Part shown: positions 45,764-56,300 of the stretch, piece by piece
How the letters are laid out: every line of letters starts with the position of its first letter
Position numbering within the stretch: the first letter of the stretch is position 1
From: Balanoglossus misakiensis
Taxonomy: Eukaryota > Animalia > Hemichordata
Reading direction: 5' to 3'
DNA length: 64,000 nt
Assembly: GCA_040954595.2 (NCBI GenBank)
Contig: CM082578.2
Coordinates: 974,831-1,038,830, forward strand
Notes under the pieces: generated by a model
Told to the model about the DNA's origin: nothing
Database searches by the model: none
What the model saw: only the letters and a program-made list of their open reading frames with translations
Made by a program: the position numbers and the translations under genes

Positions 45764-48700
45764 ATGCCACGCTCTAGGAACTGGAGGAAGAAGAGGAGTC
45801 AGATGAAAGAGGATGCTGCCCTCTCAAAAAACAGCTTCGATATGACAGAGGATGCTGCCCTCTCAAAAAACAGCTTCGATATGACAGAGGATGCTGCCCT
45901 CTCAAAAAACAGCTTCGATATGACAGAGGATGCTGCCCTCTCAAAAAACAGCGACGTAATCAAAGAGGATGCTGCCCTCTATAATCTCAGCGACAATACC
46001 CTTCGGGGTGCCAGCCTTCGGTGTTCGAAGGATCAAAACTGTGAAACTTCCCTTCGGGGTTCAAACCTTCGGTGTTCGAAGGGTGAAAACTTTGAAACTT
46101 CCCTTCGGGGAACCAATGATTCTAGGGTACCTGCAAATGGTGACATTGTCACTTGTGTTAATGGAAATTTACAGATTGAGAAAGCAGTTGATATTGCACA
46201 CAAGAGAAATGACAATGAATGTATTATTCAGAATGTTACCCCGAATGAATTTGTTTTCTCTCCTGTAACCACCACCATATGCCAAGAGTTATGCTGTAAG
46301 CTTCACATAAAATATGGAAATAAAGTTGAAATGCTCGATGAAATTCGTAGTGTTGAAATTGGTGAACCATGCAATATGAAGTCTATTATCGGTGATGGTA
46401 ATTGTTTGTTTAGAGCTTTGTCGTATGCCATTAGTGGCAGTGAACGTAACCATGCTGTAATGCGACAGGCCATTGTAAACCACATGATTGCAAATGACAG
46501 TGCATATTTTGGTTGGCTGGACCAAGACCAAGGATATACATCAGTTGCTGATTATATTGCAAAGTCTAGAATGAATTGCCTAACAATCTGGGGTTCCGAA
46601 AATGAGATCTTGGCCGCTGCCGATCTCTTACAAACTGACATCTATGTGTATAGTTCTGGAATATGGCTAAGACATTATTGTAATGCAATTAATAAAAGTA
46701 ATGTTGATAAAGGTGTAGGTATATACCTGAACCATCGCAACAGAGATCATTTTGAAATTGTCAAGAGTGTAAAGACACGTGAGATGGTAACATCTGACTA
46801 TACACACATTGAATGTGATGAACTTGTCTCAAGTGAAGGTATGACTAATGAATTCCACAATGAGGCAGATAGTGGCAGTTGTGTTCCACTAAAGAGTCCA
46901 TTGGACAAGAAAGGAAATTTCCACTTAAGTGATGAAACTGAAAGTGTTACAAAAGGAAGAGGTAAGAGACCAGCAATGAGTGAACGATTACGAAAGAAAA
47001 TCAGAAAACAAAAATATGAATGTAATGAGACCACTGCAAAGAGCTGCAGGGCAATATCTGAATCAGAATTGTACCACAGTAATTCTCAATATAGAGAGAC
47101 AAAGAAGTTAAAAAGTAGACAGCATTATCATCAGATCCGAGAAAGTAAGAAACAAAAAATGAAAGATTTATATGAACAAAATGCCGACTATCGGGACGCC
47201 AAAAAGACACAGTCCAGGGTTAAATATGAACAAAATCCTGATTTTCGGGAAGCACAGAAGGCACGCATAAGAGTAAATTACGAACAAAATCCTGATTTTC
47301 GGGAAGCACAGAAGGCACGCGTAAGAGTAAAATATGAACAAAATGCTGACTTTCGGGAAGCACATAAAGCACAAATGTCCCAACAAGTATCCCAAAAATA
47401 TCACCAAGACGTAAACTTTCGTGAATCAAAGAAGACACAGAGTATTCAACGATATGAGAATGACCCTCATTACAAAGATAATGCATTGAAGAGAAGCAGG
47501 TGTCAGATGATACAGAATGACATTGATAAGCAAAATGTTCAACATGTTATTGCTAATTTTAGAAATACTGCCTCAGAAGGTCCAAATTGTGTATGTTCAG
47601 TTTGTCATCGTCGACTTTTCAGGAAACAAGTAATTGTTTGCAACAAGGATAAATATTACAGTAACAGAATTACATCTGATATTGCTGTGAAATGTATATC
47701 AGAAGAATATGTTCACAAATGTGCCTCGACATGTATGGCTGACTGCCCTCTCAAGAATAATGCAGCCAGTAAATTGTGGATTTGTTTCACATGCCATAGA
47801 AAACTTTTACGTGGAGAGATGCCAGTTCAAGCTGTTGCAAACAACCTTCATGTCACATCAGTCCCTCCTGAATTGAAATGCCTCAACTCACTTGAGCAAC
47901 ATTTAATTGCATTAAATATTCCATTCATGAAAATGTTGGCATTACCTAAGGGTGGTCAGAATGGAGTTCATGGACCTGTAGTGTGTGTCCCTTCTGATAT
48001 AAAGAAGGCTACAAATATTTTGCCACGGAATGAGTTTGATGATCAGATGATAAGGGTGAAATTGAAGCGAAAACTGAGTTATAAAGGTTACTATGAATAT
48101 CAGTTTGTAAACAAACGACACATTCAGAATGCTTTGGAATACCTACAGACAAATAATCAGTATTACAGTGATATAACATTCAATATGAATTGGAAAAATA
48201 CTCTTGAAAAGACTGAAGAAGTTATTTCAGATGCTGAAAGCAAATCAGAAAAGTCTAACACCAAAAGCAATGATGAAAACAATGAAAAGACCAAAGGAAA
48301 TGTTTCAGATACTGAAAGTAATGATGTGTCATCAGACACAGAAGATAACAATGTGTCCAACAAAGATACTAATGGAATATTGATGGACACATGCCTCCAA
48401 CCAATTGACATAGGTCAGGATATTCTTGATTATCACTTTGAGGATATATCTTGTGTTGCTCCAGCAGAGGGTAATAAACCTGTTTGTCTGTTGATGGAAA
48501 AGTTGAATGAAGCTAAGTGCTTTCCTGTGCTATTCCCAACTGGGTCACCCACATTTCACGATGACCGAGAGGTTAGGATAACAATAGGACGATACCTGCA
48601 AGGTCGTGTAATGAATGCAAGTAACAGATTTTCAAAAAGCACAGACTATATCTTTTATGCGCAATATCTGTCTGAAATTAACCAGGTTGTATCCAATGTG

Positions 48701-51700
48701 TCAATTGCTTTGAGGAAAGGAACTGCTAATGCTTGTGGCAAAAAAGTGACATCGGATGTTTTAAGTGACAGTGAATCTTTGAAACAGATTTTGAAGTCTG
48801 ATGAAGGCTATAAGTTTTTAAAACCTATAAGAGGAACTCCTCCTTATTGGCAAGCAACACAAAAAGACCTGTTTGCAATGATCAGACAGTTGGGTATACC
48901 AACATGGTTTTGCTCATTTTCTGCTGCCGATTTACGGTGGAAAGAAGTTATTGAGACTATACTTCGTGGAGAAGGAGATGTACGTAATGCTGAGGATCTT
49001 GAATGGTCTGAGAAATGTGCTATCTTGAGACGAAATCCTGTAACAGCAGCCAGAATGTTTGATCACAGATTTCATTGTTTTCTGAGAGAAGTCATCATGT
49101 CACCAGCCAATCCTATTGGAAATATCAAAGATTATTTTTATCGAGTCGAGTTTCAACAACGAGGCTCACCACATACACACTGCCTATTTTGGGTTGAAAA
49201 TGCACCAAAGGTTGATAGAGATACTGATGAAGATGTAGTTGATTTTGTTGACAGATATGTAACATGTCAAATGCCTTCTGTTGAGGAGGATGAGGAATTG
49301 CAAGAGATTGTGAATAAAGTTCAGAAACACAGCTCAAGGCACTCCAAATCTTGCAAGAAAAAGGGCACTAGATGCAGATTCAACTTTCCACGACCACCAT
49401 CAAAGAAAACGTTCATATGCCGTCCTGATATAGATATAGAAATGACAGGTGAAGGTGAGAAGTCAAACCTTGATGACGATAACGCAACACTTGAAGAGAA
49501 ATGTCAAAGTGACACAACTCAGTTAATTGAGAATGTGATGAGCCAGATGGCTGCTAGGAATATTTTGGAAAAAGTGTGGACATGCCTGCATGACAAAGAG
49601 AAACAGATTGATTCGGTTGATGCACTGTTTAATGAAGTCAGCATTTCTCAGGAGATGTTTGAGAAAGCACATGCAATTTTAGCAAGAAAGACAAGTGTAG
49701 TATTAAAGCGTGAACCAAATGATGTTTGGGTAAACCAATACAATTCTAACCTTCTTCGTTGCTGGGATGCAAACATGGACATTCAGTTTGTTGTGGATGC
49801 TTATGCCTGTGTTGTGTACATTGTGTCATATATCTCTAAGGCAGAGAGAGAAATGGGTTTACTGCTGGAAAATGCACAGAGAGAAGCAAACAAAGAGGGA
49901 AATGTGGATGCTAAATCTGCACTGAAACAATTAGGCAGTGTTTATCTGCACAACAGAGAAGTAAGTGCTCAAGAGGCTGTATATAGACTGTGTGGATTGA
50001 AACTGAAGCAATCATCTCGAAAAGTCCAGTTCATTCCAACTGGAGAAACCCCTATCAAAATGAGTTTGCCATTGAGTGTAATACGTAGCAAAATGACAGG
50101 AGATGATTTGAATGAGGATGATATCTGGTACAATAGCATTGTAGACAGATACAAGAACAGACCAAATGATGACGAGTTTGACGACATGTGTCTTGCGACA
50201 TTTTGTTCAGAATATCGAATAGTGTCAAAATCAGAAGTGACAAATACCACCACTGAGAAACGTGCAAATCCAATAGTGAAGTTGGAAAATGGTGCAGGTT
50301 ACATGCAAAAAAGATCTCGAACTGATCCAGCTGTCATTAGATATGCAAGATTTTCTGTGACCAAATTTCCAGAAAAGTATTACCGCACTATGTTAGAACT
50401 CTTCTTGCCACACTGGGTTGATTCCCAATTGAAACCAAATGGGTTTGAAACATATGAAAATTTCTATTCTGCGGGTGCAGTGAAGTGTGGATCTGCTTCT
50501 ATACAAACAGTGAAAGTCATAGTAGATGCAAATAAAGCAATGTTTGAGAAAGAGGCTGATGCCGTTGATTTAGCTGAAGAGCTCCTTGAAGGAAGTGGTC
50601 CTCTGGAGGACGCATGGGCCCAAATCTGTCCAGAAAGTGAAATAGACAGATTAGAATGCATTGATGAACGTCAACAATTGCCTGATGATGATGTAAATGA
50701 GGAGGATATTCCAGATTTGGTGCACAAACCAAAAGGTGATTGCCACATAGAAATTTCTACCTCTGAAGTAAGGAGGGCTGATGTTCAAGCAATGTGTAGG
50801 TCACTGAACAGGAAACAGGCAGAAGTCTTTTATAATGTCAGACAGTGGTGTCTGGATAAAAGCAATGGCAAGAACCCAGAATCTTTGTATTTGTTTGTCA
50901 GTGGTGGTGCTGGCACAGGGAAAAGCCATTTAATCAAAACCATATATCATGAAGCCAAACGAATTCTATCTCGTGTAATGGCTAACCCAGATGAAAAATC
51001 AATACAGGTAACAGCCTCAACTGGAGTTGCAGCATTTAATGTAGGAGGTGAAACTCTCCATCATGCATTTTCAATAGCAGTAGACTCAAAACTACCATAT
51101 GAGCCACTACGTGAAGAAAAACTCAACACTCTTCGTTCCAAATTGGGAAATCTTCAGATTTTAATAATAGATGAGATTTCTATGGTAGACAGAAAATTAT
51201 TTCACTACGTACATGGACGATTACGTCAAATCAAACAAACACCAAGTGGTTCACCATTTGGAAATGTGTGTGTTATTGCTGTGGGCGACTTTTATCAGCT
51301 GCCACCTGTGAAAGCAAGTCCACTGTGTGTGGAAAATGATGCCATCAATATGTGGAATAATTTCAAAATTGTGGAACTCACTGAAATAATGAGACAAAAG
51401 GACTGTGCATTTGCAGAAGCACTAAATAGAGTAAGAATTCACAAGAAAGGGCACACACTGAGTGCAAATGATCTAGAAATGTTCAATAACTGTGTGACTG
51501 GTGAAGCATCTGAGGCAATTCACATTTTTGCTACAAATGCAGAAGTTAACAATTGCAATATCACAATGCTACATTCCTTGTGCTCTGATCCTGTATGTAT
51601 TGAAGCACAAGATTTTAGTAAGAATACTAAGACTGGGAAACTCCAAAGAAAGGAAGGCCATCATGCCAAGGTCTATAGGACCACTTTACCAAAGACTCTC

Positions 51701-52885
51701 ACTCTAGCTAAGGGTGCACGAGTGCAACTGACACAAAATATTGATGTCTCTGATGGATTGGTGAATGGTGTATTTGGATCAGTATGTCACATTGATGTGA
51801 AACCAAATGAAAGCTTTCCAACTGCTGTTTATGTTGTATTTGACAATGTGAAAGTTGGCCAAGGATTGCGAAACAAGAACCGTGTAAATATATCTGACCT
51901 TCCTGAAAACACCACCCGTATAGAACCTCAGGAAATGTCTGTTGCAAGTAATGGTGGTATTAGGAGACAATTTCCTCTGAAACTAGCATGGGCATGTACA
52001 GTGCATAAGGTACAGGGATTAACAGTTGAAAAAGCTGTTGTCAGTTTAAAGAAGATATTTGCACCAGGACAGGCATATGTTGCATTGAGTCGAGTGACAT
52101 CATTAGATGGGCTAATAATTGATGAATTTAAGACATCTTCTATATATTGCAATGAAAAGGTTCAAGCAGCCTTGGAAATGATGCCAAAGTTTGTTGATGG
52201 GTGCTTTGAGCAATTACAGCCAAACTATAGATGCTCTTTTATACTTCATAATGTTGAAGGTCTTCTGAACCACATGGAAGATATTCGTAGTGGCAAGGAA
52301 TACTTGGAGTCAGACTTTATTTGTTTGACGGAAACATGGCTAACTGAGAACCAGACAAAATGTGATGTGATAGTGAATGGATTTGAATTCAGTCACAAGC
52401 CTCGGTCAAAATCGTATAACAACTTTGATATGAATACTTCACAGTTGCAGTTGCAACATCATGGTGGTGTTGGCCTCTACGTCAAAGGAAGTCAATCTGT
52501 TGAAATTTTGGATTTGCCTGTTAGTAACTTGGAATATCTTACATTTTATGTCAAAGACATCAATACGGTGGTAGCAGTAATTTACAGACCATCATCCTAT
52601 AAAGCAGTCGCATTCAGGAAAAACCTTCTTCTGTTGGTGAAGGAAATGTCAAAGTATTCAGGTGCTACAGTGATCATGGGTGATTTCAATGAAAATATTT
52701 TAACCTCATCATCTCTTGTGAAACTCATGCAAGACCATGGTTTCAAACAACACGTGAGCAAACCAACCACAGAAGCTGGTACATTGATTGACCATGTGTA
52801 TGTGAAAGGAGCAGGAAAGGTGGAAGTTGGCATTGTGCCAAAGTACTTCAGTTTTCATGAAGCCATCAGCATTAAGATCTATTGA
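45764..52885 (+). CDS. Helentron RepHel polyprotein: OTU protease, Zn-binding region, HUH Rep, PIF1-like SF1 helicase, AP-like endonuclease (2373 aa)
   Basis: OTU: GDGNCLFRALS..WGSENEI..DHFE. Rep: PTWFCSFSAAD, EFQQRGSPHTH, YIVSYISK. Helicase: GGAGTGKS, IIDEISMV, GDFYQLPPV, TVHKVQGLT, YVALSRV. Endonuclease: HNVEGL, CLTETWL, IYRP, MGDFN, IDHVY, SFH. No internal stops. Confidence 0.98.
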   Translation: MPRSRNWRKKRSQMKEDAALSKNSFDMTEDAALSKNSFDMTEDAALSKNSFDMTEDAALSKNSDVIKEDAALYNLSDNTLRGASLRCSKDQNCETSLRGSNLRCSKGENFETSLRGTNDSRVPANGDIVTCVNGNLQIEKAVDIAHKRNDNECIIQNVTPNEFVFSPVTTTICQELCCKLHIKYGNKVEMLDEIRSVEIGEPCNMKSIIGDGNCLFRALSYAISGSERNHAVMRQAIVNHMIANDSAYFGWLDQDQGYTSVADYIAKSRMNCLTIWGSENEILAAADLLQTDIYVYSSGIWLRHYCNAINKSNVDKGVGIYLNHRNRDHFEIVKSVKTREMVTSDYTHIECDELVSSEGMTNEFHNEADSGSCVPLKSPLDKKGNFHLSDETESVTKGRGKRPAMSERLRKKIRKQKYECNETTAKSCRAISESELYHSNSQYRETKKLKSRQHYHQIRESKKQKMKDLYEQNADYRDAKKTQSRVKYEQNPDFREAQKARIRVNYEQNPDFREAQKARVRVKYEQNADFREAHKAQMSQQVSQKYHQDVNFRESKKTQSIQRYENDPHYKDNALKRSRCQMIQNDIDKQNVQHVIANFRNTASEGPNCVCSVCHRRLFRKQVIVCNKDKYYSNRITSDIAVKCISEEYVHKCASTCMADCPLKNNAASKLWICFTCHRKLLRGEMPVQAVANNLHVTSVPPELKCLNSLEQHLIALNIPFMKMLALPKGGQNGVHGPVVCVPSDIKKATNILPRNEFDDQMIRVKLKRKLSYKGYYEYQFVNKRHIQNALEYLQTNNQYYSDITFNMNWKNTLEKTEEVISDAESKSEKSNTKSNDENNEKTKGNVSDTESNDVSSDTEDNNVSNKDTNGILMDTCLQPIDIGQDILDYHFEDISCVAPAEGNKPVCLLMEKLNEAKCFPVLFPTGSPTFHDDREVRITIGRYLQGRVMNASNRFSKSTDYIFYAQYLSEINQVVSNVSIALRKGTANACGKKVTSDVLSDSESLKQILKSDEGYKFLKPIRGTPPYWQATQKDLFAMIRQLGIPTWFCSFSAADLRWKEVIETILRGEGDVRNAEDLEWSEKCAILRRNPVTAARMFDHRFHCFLREVIMSPANPIGNIKDYFYRVEFQQRGSPHTHCLFWVENAPKVDRDTDEDVVDFVDRYVTCQMPSVEEDEELQEIVNKVQKHSSRHSKSCKKKGTRCRFNFPRPPSKKTFICRPDIDIEMTGEGEKSNLDDDNATLEEKCQSDTTQLIENVMSQMAARNILEKVWTCLHDKEKQIDSVDALFNEVSISQEMFEKAHAILARKTSVVLKREPNDVWVNQYNSNLLRCWDANMDIQFVVDAYACVVYIVSYISKAEREMGLLLENAQREANKEGNVDAKSALKQLGSVYLHNREVSAQEAVYRLCGLKLKQSSRKVQFIPTGETPIKMSLPLSVIRSKMTGDDLNEDDIWYNSIVDRYKNRPNDDEFDDMCLATFCSEYRIVSKSEVTNTTTEKRANPIVKLENGAGYMQKRSRTDPAVIRYARFSVTKFPEKYYRTMLELFLPHWVDSQLKPNGFETYENFYSAGAVKCGSASIQTVKVIVDANKAMFEKEADAVDLAEELLEGSGPLEDAWAQICPESEIDRLECIDERQQLPDDDVNEEDIPDLVHKPKGDCHIEISTSEVRRADVQAMCRSLNRKQAEVFYNVRQWCLDKSNGKNPESLYLFVSGGAGTGKSHLIKTIYHEAKRILSRVMANPDEKSIQVTASTGVAAFNVGGETLHHAFSIAVDSKLPYEPLREEKLNTLRSKLGNLQILIIDEISMVDRKLFHYVHGRLRQIKQTPSGSPFGNVCVIAVGDFYQLPPVKASPLCVENDAINMWNNFKIVELTEIMRQKDCAFAEALNRVRIHKKGHTLSANDLEMFNNCVTGEASEAIHIFATNAEVNNCNITMLHSLCSDPVCIEAQDFSKNTKTGKLQRKEGHHAKVYRTTLPKTLTLAKGARVQLTQNIDVSDGLVNGVFGSVCHIDVKPNESFPTAVYVVFDNVKVGQGLRNKNRVNISDLPENTTRIEPQEMSVASNGGIRRQFPLKLAWACTVHKVQGLTVEKAVVSLKKIFAPGQAYVALSRVTSLDGLIIDEFKTSSIYCNEKVQAALEMMPKFVDGCFEQLQPNYRCSFILHNVEGLLNHMEDIRSGKEYLESDFICLTETWLTENQTKCDVIVNGFEFSHKPRSKSYNNFDMNTSQLQLQHHGGVGLYVKGSQSVEILDLPVSNLEYLTFYVKDINTVVAVIYRPSSYKAVAFRKNLLLLVKEMSKYSGATVIMGDFNENILTSSSLVKLMQDHGFKQHVSKPTTEAGTLIDHVYVKGAGKVEVGIVPKYFSFHEAISIKIY

Positions 52886-53000
52886 AAGACTCATTGTAAT
52901 ATCTACAATGTTCAACCAAACATGGTGATCTGAGAAGCAAATTTAATACAAGTGAGGTACCAGTGAATGGATTGAAATTCAATCACCAGCCTCTGTGCAA

Positions 53001-53319
53001 ATCATTAATACGGTGGTAGCAGTAATTTAAGACCACCATCATATAAAGCAGAGGTGTTCAGGAAAAACTTACTTCTGTTGATGAAAGGAAATGTAAATGT
53101 ATCCAGGTGCTTCAGTGATCATGGGTGACATCAATGAAAATATTTAAATCATCTCTTGTCAATGTAATGCAAGACCTTGGTTTCAAGCAACATTTGAGCA
53201 ATCTAACTACAGAAGCTTGTACATTGATTGACCATGTGTATGTGAAAGGAACAGAAAATATTGGAGTTGAAATACTGCCAAAGTACTTCAGTTTTCATTA
53301 AGCCATCAGCATTAACATC
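53001..53319 (+). pseudogene. Degenerate duplicate of the endonuclease C-terminal coding region
   Basis: Aligns by eye to ~52559-52880 (aatacggtggtagcagtaattt..acattgattgaccatgtgtatgtgaaagga..aagtacttcagttttcat) with indels and substitutions. Confidence 0.9.
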
Positions 53320-56300
53320 ATTAAGGCATTATGCATATAGTAATTAAAACCCGTGTTACATACAACTGGTATTGGGGAGGGATAATGGGGTTTGAGACTT
53401 ACGGGTCCCCATTTGGGAATTGTTGGGGTGGGGGTGGGGGGTTGTAAACAAATTAATATGTTACTCTTAGGTTACCCTGGTGCTAATTATCACATTTGAT
53501 ATCAAGCTGTTACTGTTTTTGTGTGATGGGAGACTAGTATTTGATTGTCTATCATTTCAGAGCCAGTTGTTTGACATGGCTGCAGTGATTTCATTGAAAT
53601 GACATGTTCACATGCAATCATTTACATGGATCATAATTATAGTGACATGATATTATCATGTTGCAGGTCATTGTGCACACATACCTGCTTATTGATGTAT
53701 ATTAAAGCACACCAATTTATAACGTGCTACAAAAAAGAAGTCAGTGGTGGCCGTTTATGATTTCTGATGCATGACATGACTTTTATGTGACTATACCCAA
53801 AATATTATGGGTGTGACCATGTTGTTGTGATGTTATCCATTAAATGCACCTGACTGTCAGTTCTTGATGATTTTATTTATTTCAGTACTGTCAATTGAGA
53901 TATGTATTTCATCTGATTTCATCAAAACTCACAGTTTTAGTCCTACATGAATGTATGTCATAATTCCAACCTGACACTTTGTCACTGTAATTAACAGACA
54001 ATATATGATATCAAAAGTGTGAGTAATAACAGTCCCAATAGCCTTGTTTGCATTACTGCTTACACAGTGTTCTCCACAGGATTTTGGGAAAGTTAGTTGG
54101 ATATAATGGTCCATAACAATTTAATCATTATGTTAGTGATATTGCTTTCTCAAAATTTAAGAATAAGAGTGGTAGCCACCATGCTTTAATTGTTCTTTGG
54201 AGAACACTGTGCTGGTATATTTCACCCATCATCTGATCCTATATGTATACAGACAACAACATTTGGAATATGTGCAGATTCCAATATCCATGTGCATTCT
54301 AGAATGAATGTGTACTCGTACAATGCGGGACTGCAGAATAGATGGATGTAGCATCAGTCTGTTAATGATTCAAGTTAGTCATATTTATTATGCAGCCTTA
54401 ATCAGAGGTTCACACTATATTTTATGTAAATACCCATCAGTAAGGTTTATTTAAAGAAACCATTGTACGTGTCAAGTTAATAATGAGAAATTTGCCAAAA
54501 TTGCCAAAAATATAGTAAGGCTTGAATGAAAGATTTCAATCATGTACCAAAGCATTTTCATTCTGTTGACAATGAAATGGAAGTTGGTAAATGATGCATT
54601 GGAAATTCAGTAGGAAGAAGGTTAATTTAAGTATGATTACACAACTGAATATTTCTAATTGATGTTTTATTACACTGTATGTAAAGTACCATTGGGGTAA
54701 ATGTGTAAAACATTGATTTATAATTGGGAAAACATTAGCACCAGGGTAGCCTAGGTTTATCAATGTTCAATTCCATTTTGTAAATGTTTAAAATATATTT
54801 TTGTCTATTTTCACTATGTTATGTACAGAATGACTACATATTACCACTGTCTACTTTTGTGTCTCTAAGGCTGTCATGAATGGCTTAATACACTGAAGTT
54901 AAAATCATTATTTAGACATTTGTGAAGCGATTTTAATAACCTGTCTGAAGTATAGTACCGTATGGTGTTTTATAGAATAAAACAAAAACCAATGTCCCCA
55001 TATGACGTTTGCTTTCAGAAAACAATACAAATTGCCCATCCGAGACTTAATTTTTAGGGGTACACGCACCAAGAAAACATCCTATGAATGGCAATCCCAA
55101 AATTATCCTTGATATCTGGTATTCAGACTTGTATTCTGTGAATCATCATTGCTATATATGTACTAACAACATGCTATAACTGCAGTAGCAATAATTGAAC
55201 CAGTGTGAATAAATCAAACACTGTACACTGAAATATCTCACTATCGCTTTAATCGCAAACATTTAGTATGAGCTTGGTTATTGACAGATCCAAAGTAACC
55301 CACCAACACTGACACTATAAGTTTTGCATCACGGGCGTGTCATTAATTATTTACTTTTTATGTCATATTTTATTTGTTAGAGAAATACCAAACGTAGTAG
55401 ACAAGGACATCAACTTTCATAAAATGTGTTCCTATTAGTACTACAGTATAAATATCTGAATTATTTCAAAAATAGTCACAGCATTTATTGGAAGAACTTA
55501 TGTAACTGTATTCATACCTTGATGTTTAAATTATTGTCATTGGTTTATGTTTTATTCCATATGCTATTATTGTCAATAGGTGATTTATATGTTCACGTGA
55601 CCTGCACTGACCCATACATATACTTAGAATACCAAATGTATTGGGAGACAGGTGTGTTCAATAATTATGGCTTTAACATTCATGTAACACTATCCCTAGT
55701 AAGTATACAGATCTTAGTGGTCTTGTTTGTTAGAGAGGTAACAATGGGCTACGTTAATGATAGCCACACTCGAATCAGATAAAGAATTGTTTTCCAGAAG
55801 ATGTCACCTGTTTTCATCAAACCATGATTTACTTTTCTAGTGCCAGGCGATGATTTGATAAGTTGAACAGTTTCCAGAAGGACCATTGTAGTGCACTGAC
55901 ATCAGCATAATGATTTCATAAGATTTCATGGAAGTTTGAATGACTGGGTTCTTCCCATTTGCATATTGATATGTTCACACCTGGTATTTACTACTTAGGT
56001 GAAGTTGATGATGGTGTCTGATGAACTTAAGTGCAAACAATAGAAATTTTAATACACAGTTCAAGCAGGTCAATCAGTTCTGGCTACCTTTATGTGGAAA
56101 TTTTCAGTTGACTTTCGCAACTCACTGGGAGTGCCTACAAGACTGAACTCTACTTGTTTTCTGTGTCACTCCAATCTATTCACTACTACACGACCAGTTC
56201 AGCAAAACTAGGAACAGTTCACTCTTCAGCAAATCCATTATACAGGGGATGCCACTTCAGCAACATTGCAATCTGTGTAGACCTACCAACCTGTTGTATT

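Noticed and set aside
52850-52862. Inactivated endonuclease because the last motif is SFH rather than SDH
   Set aside because: Other motifs (ETW, GDFN, IDH) are intact, and from memory this position varies among Helentron endonucleases. Not decidable without an alignment.
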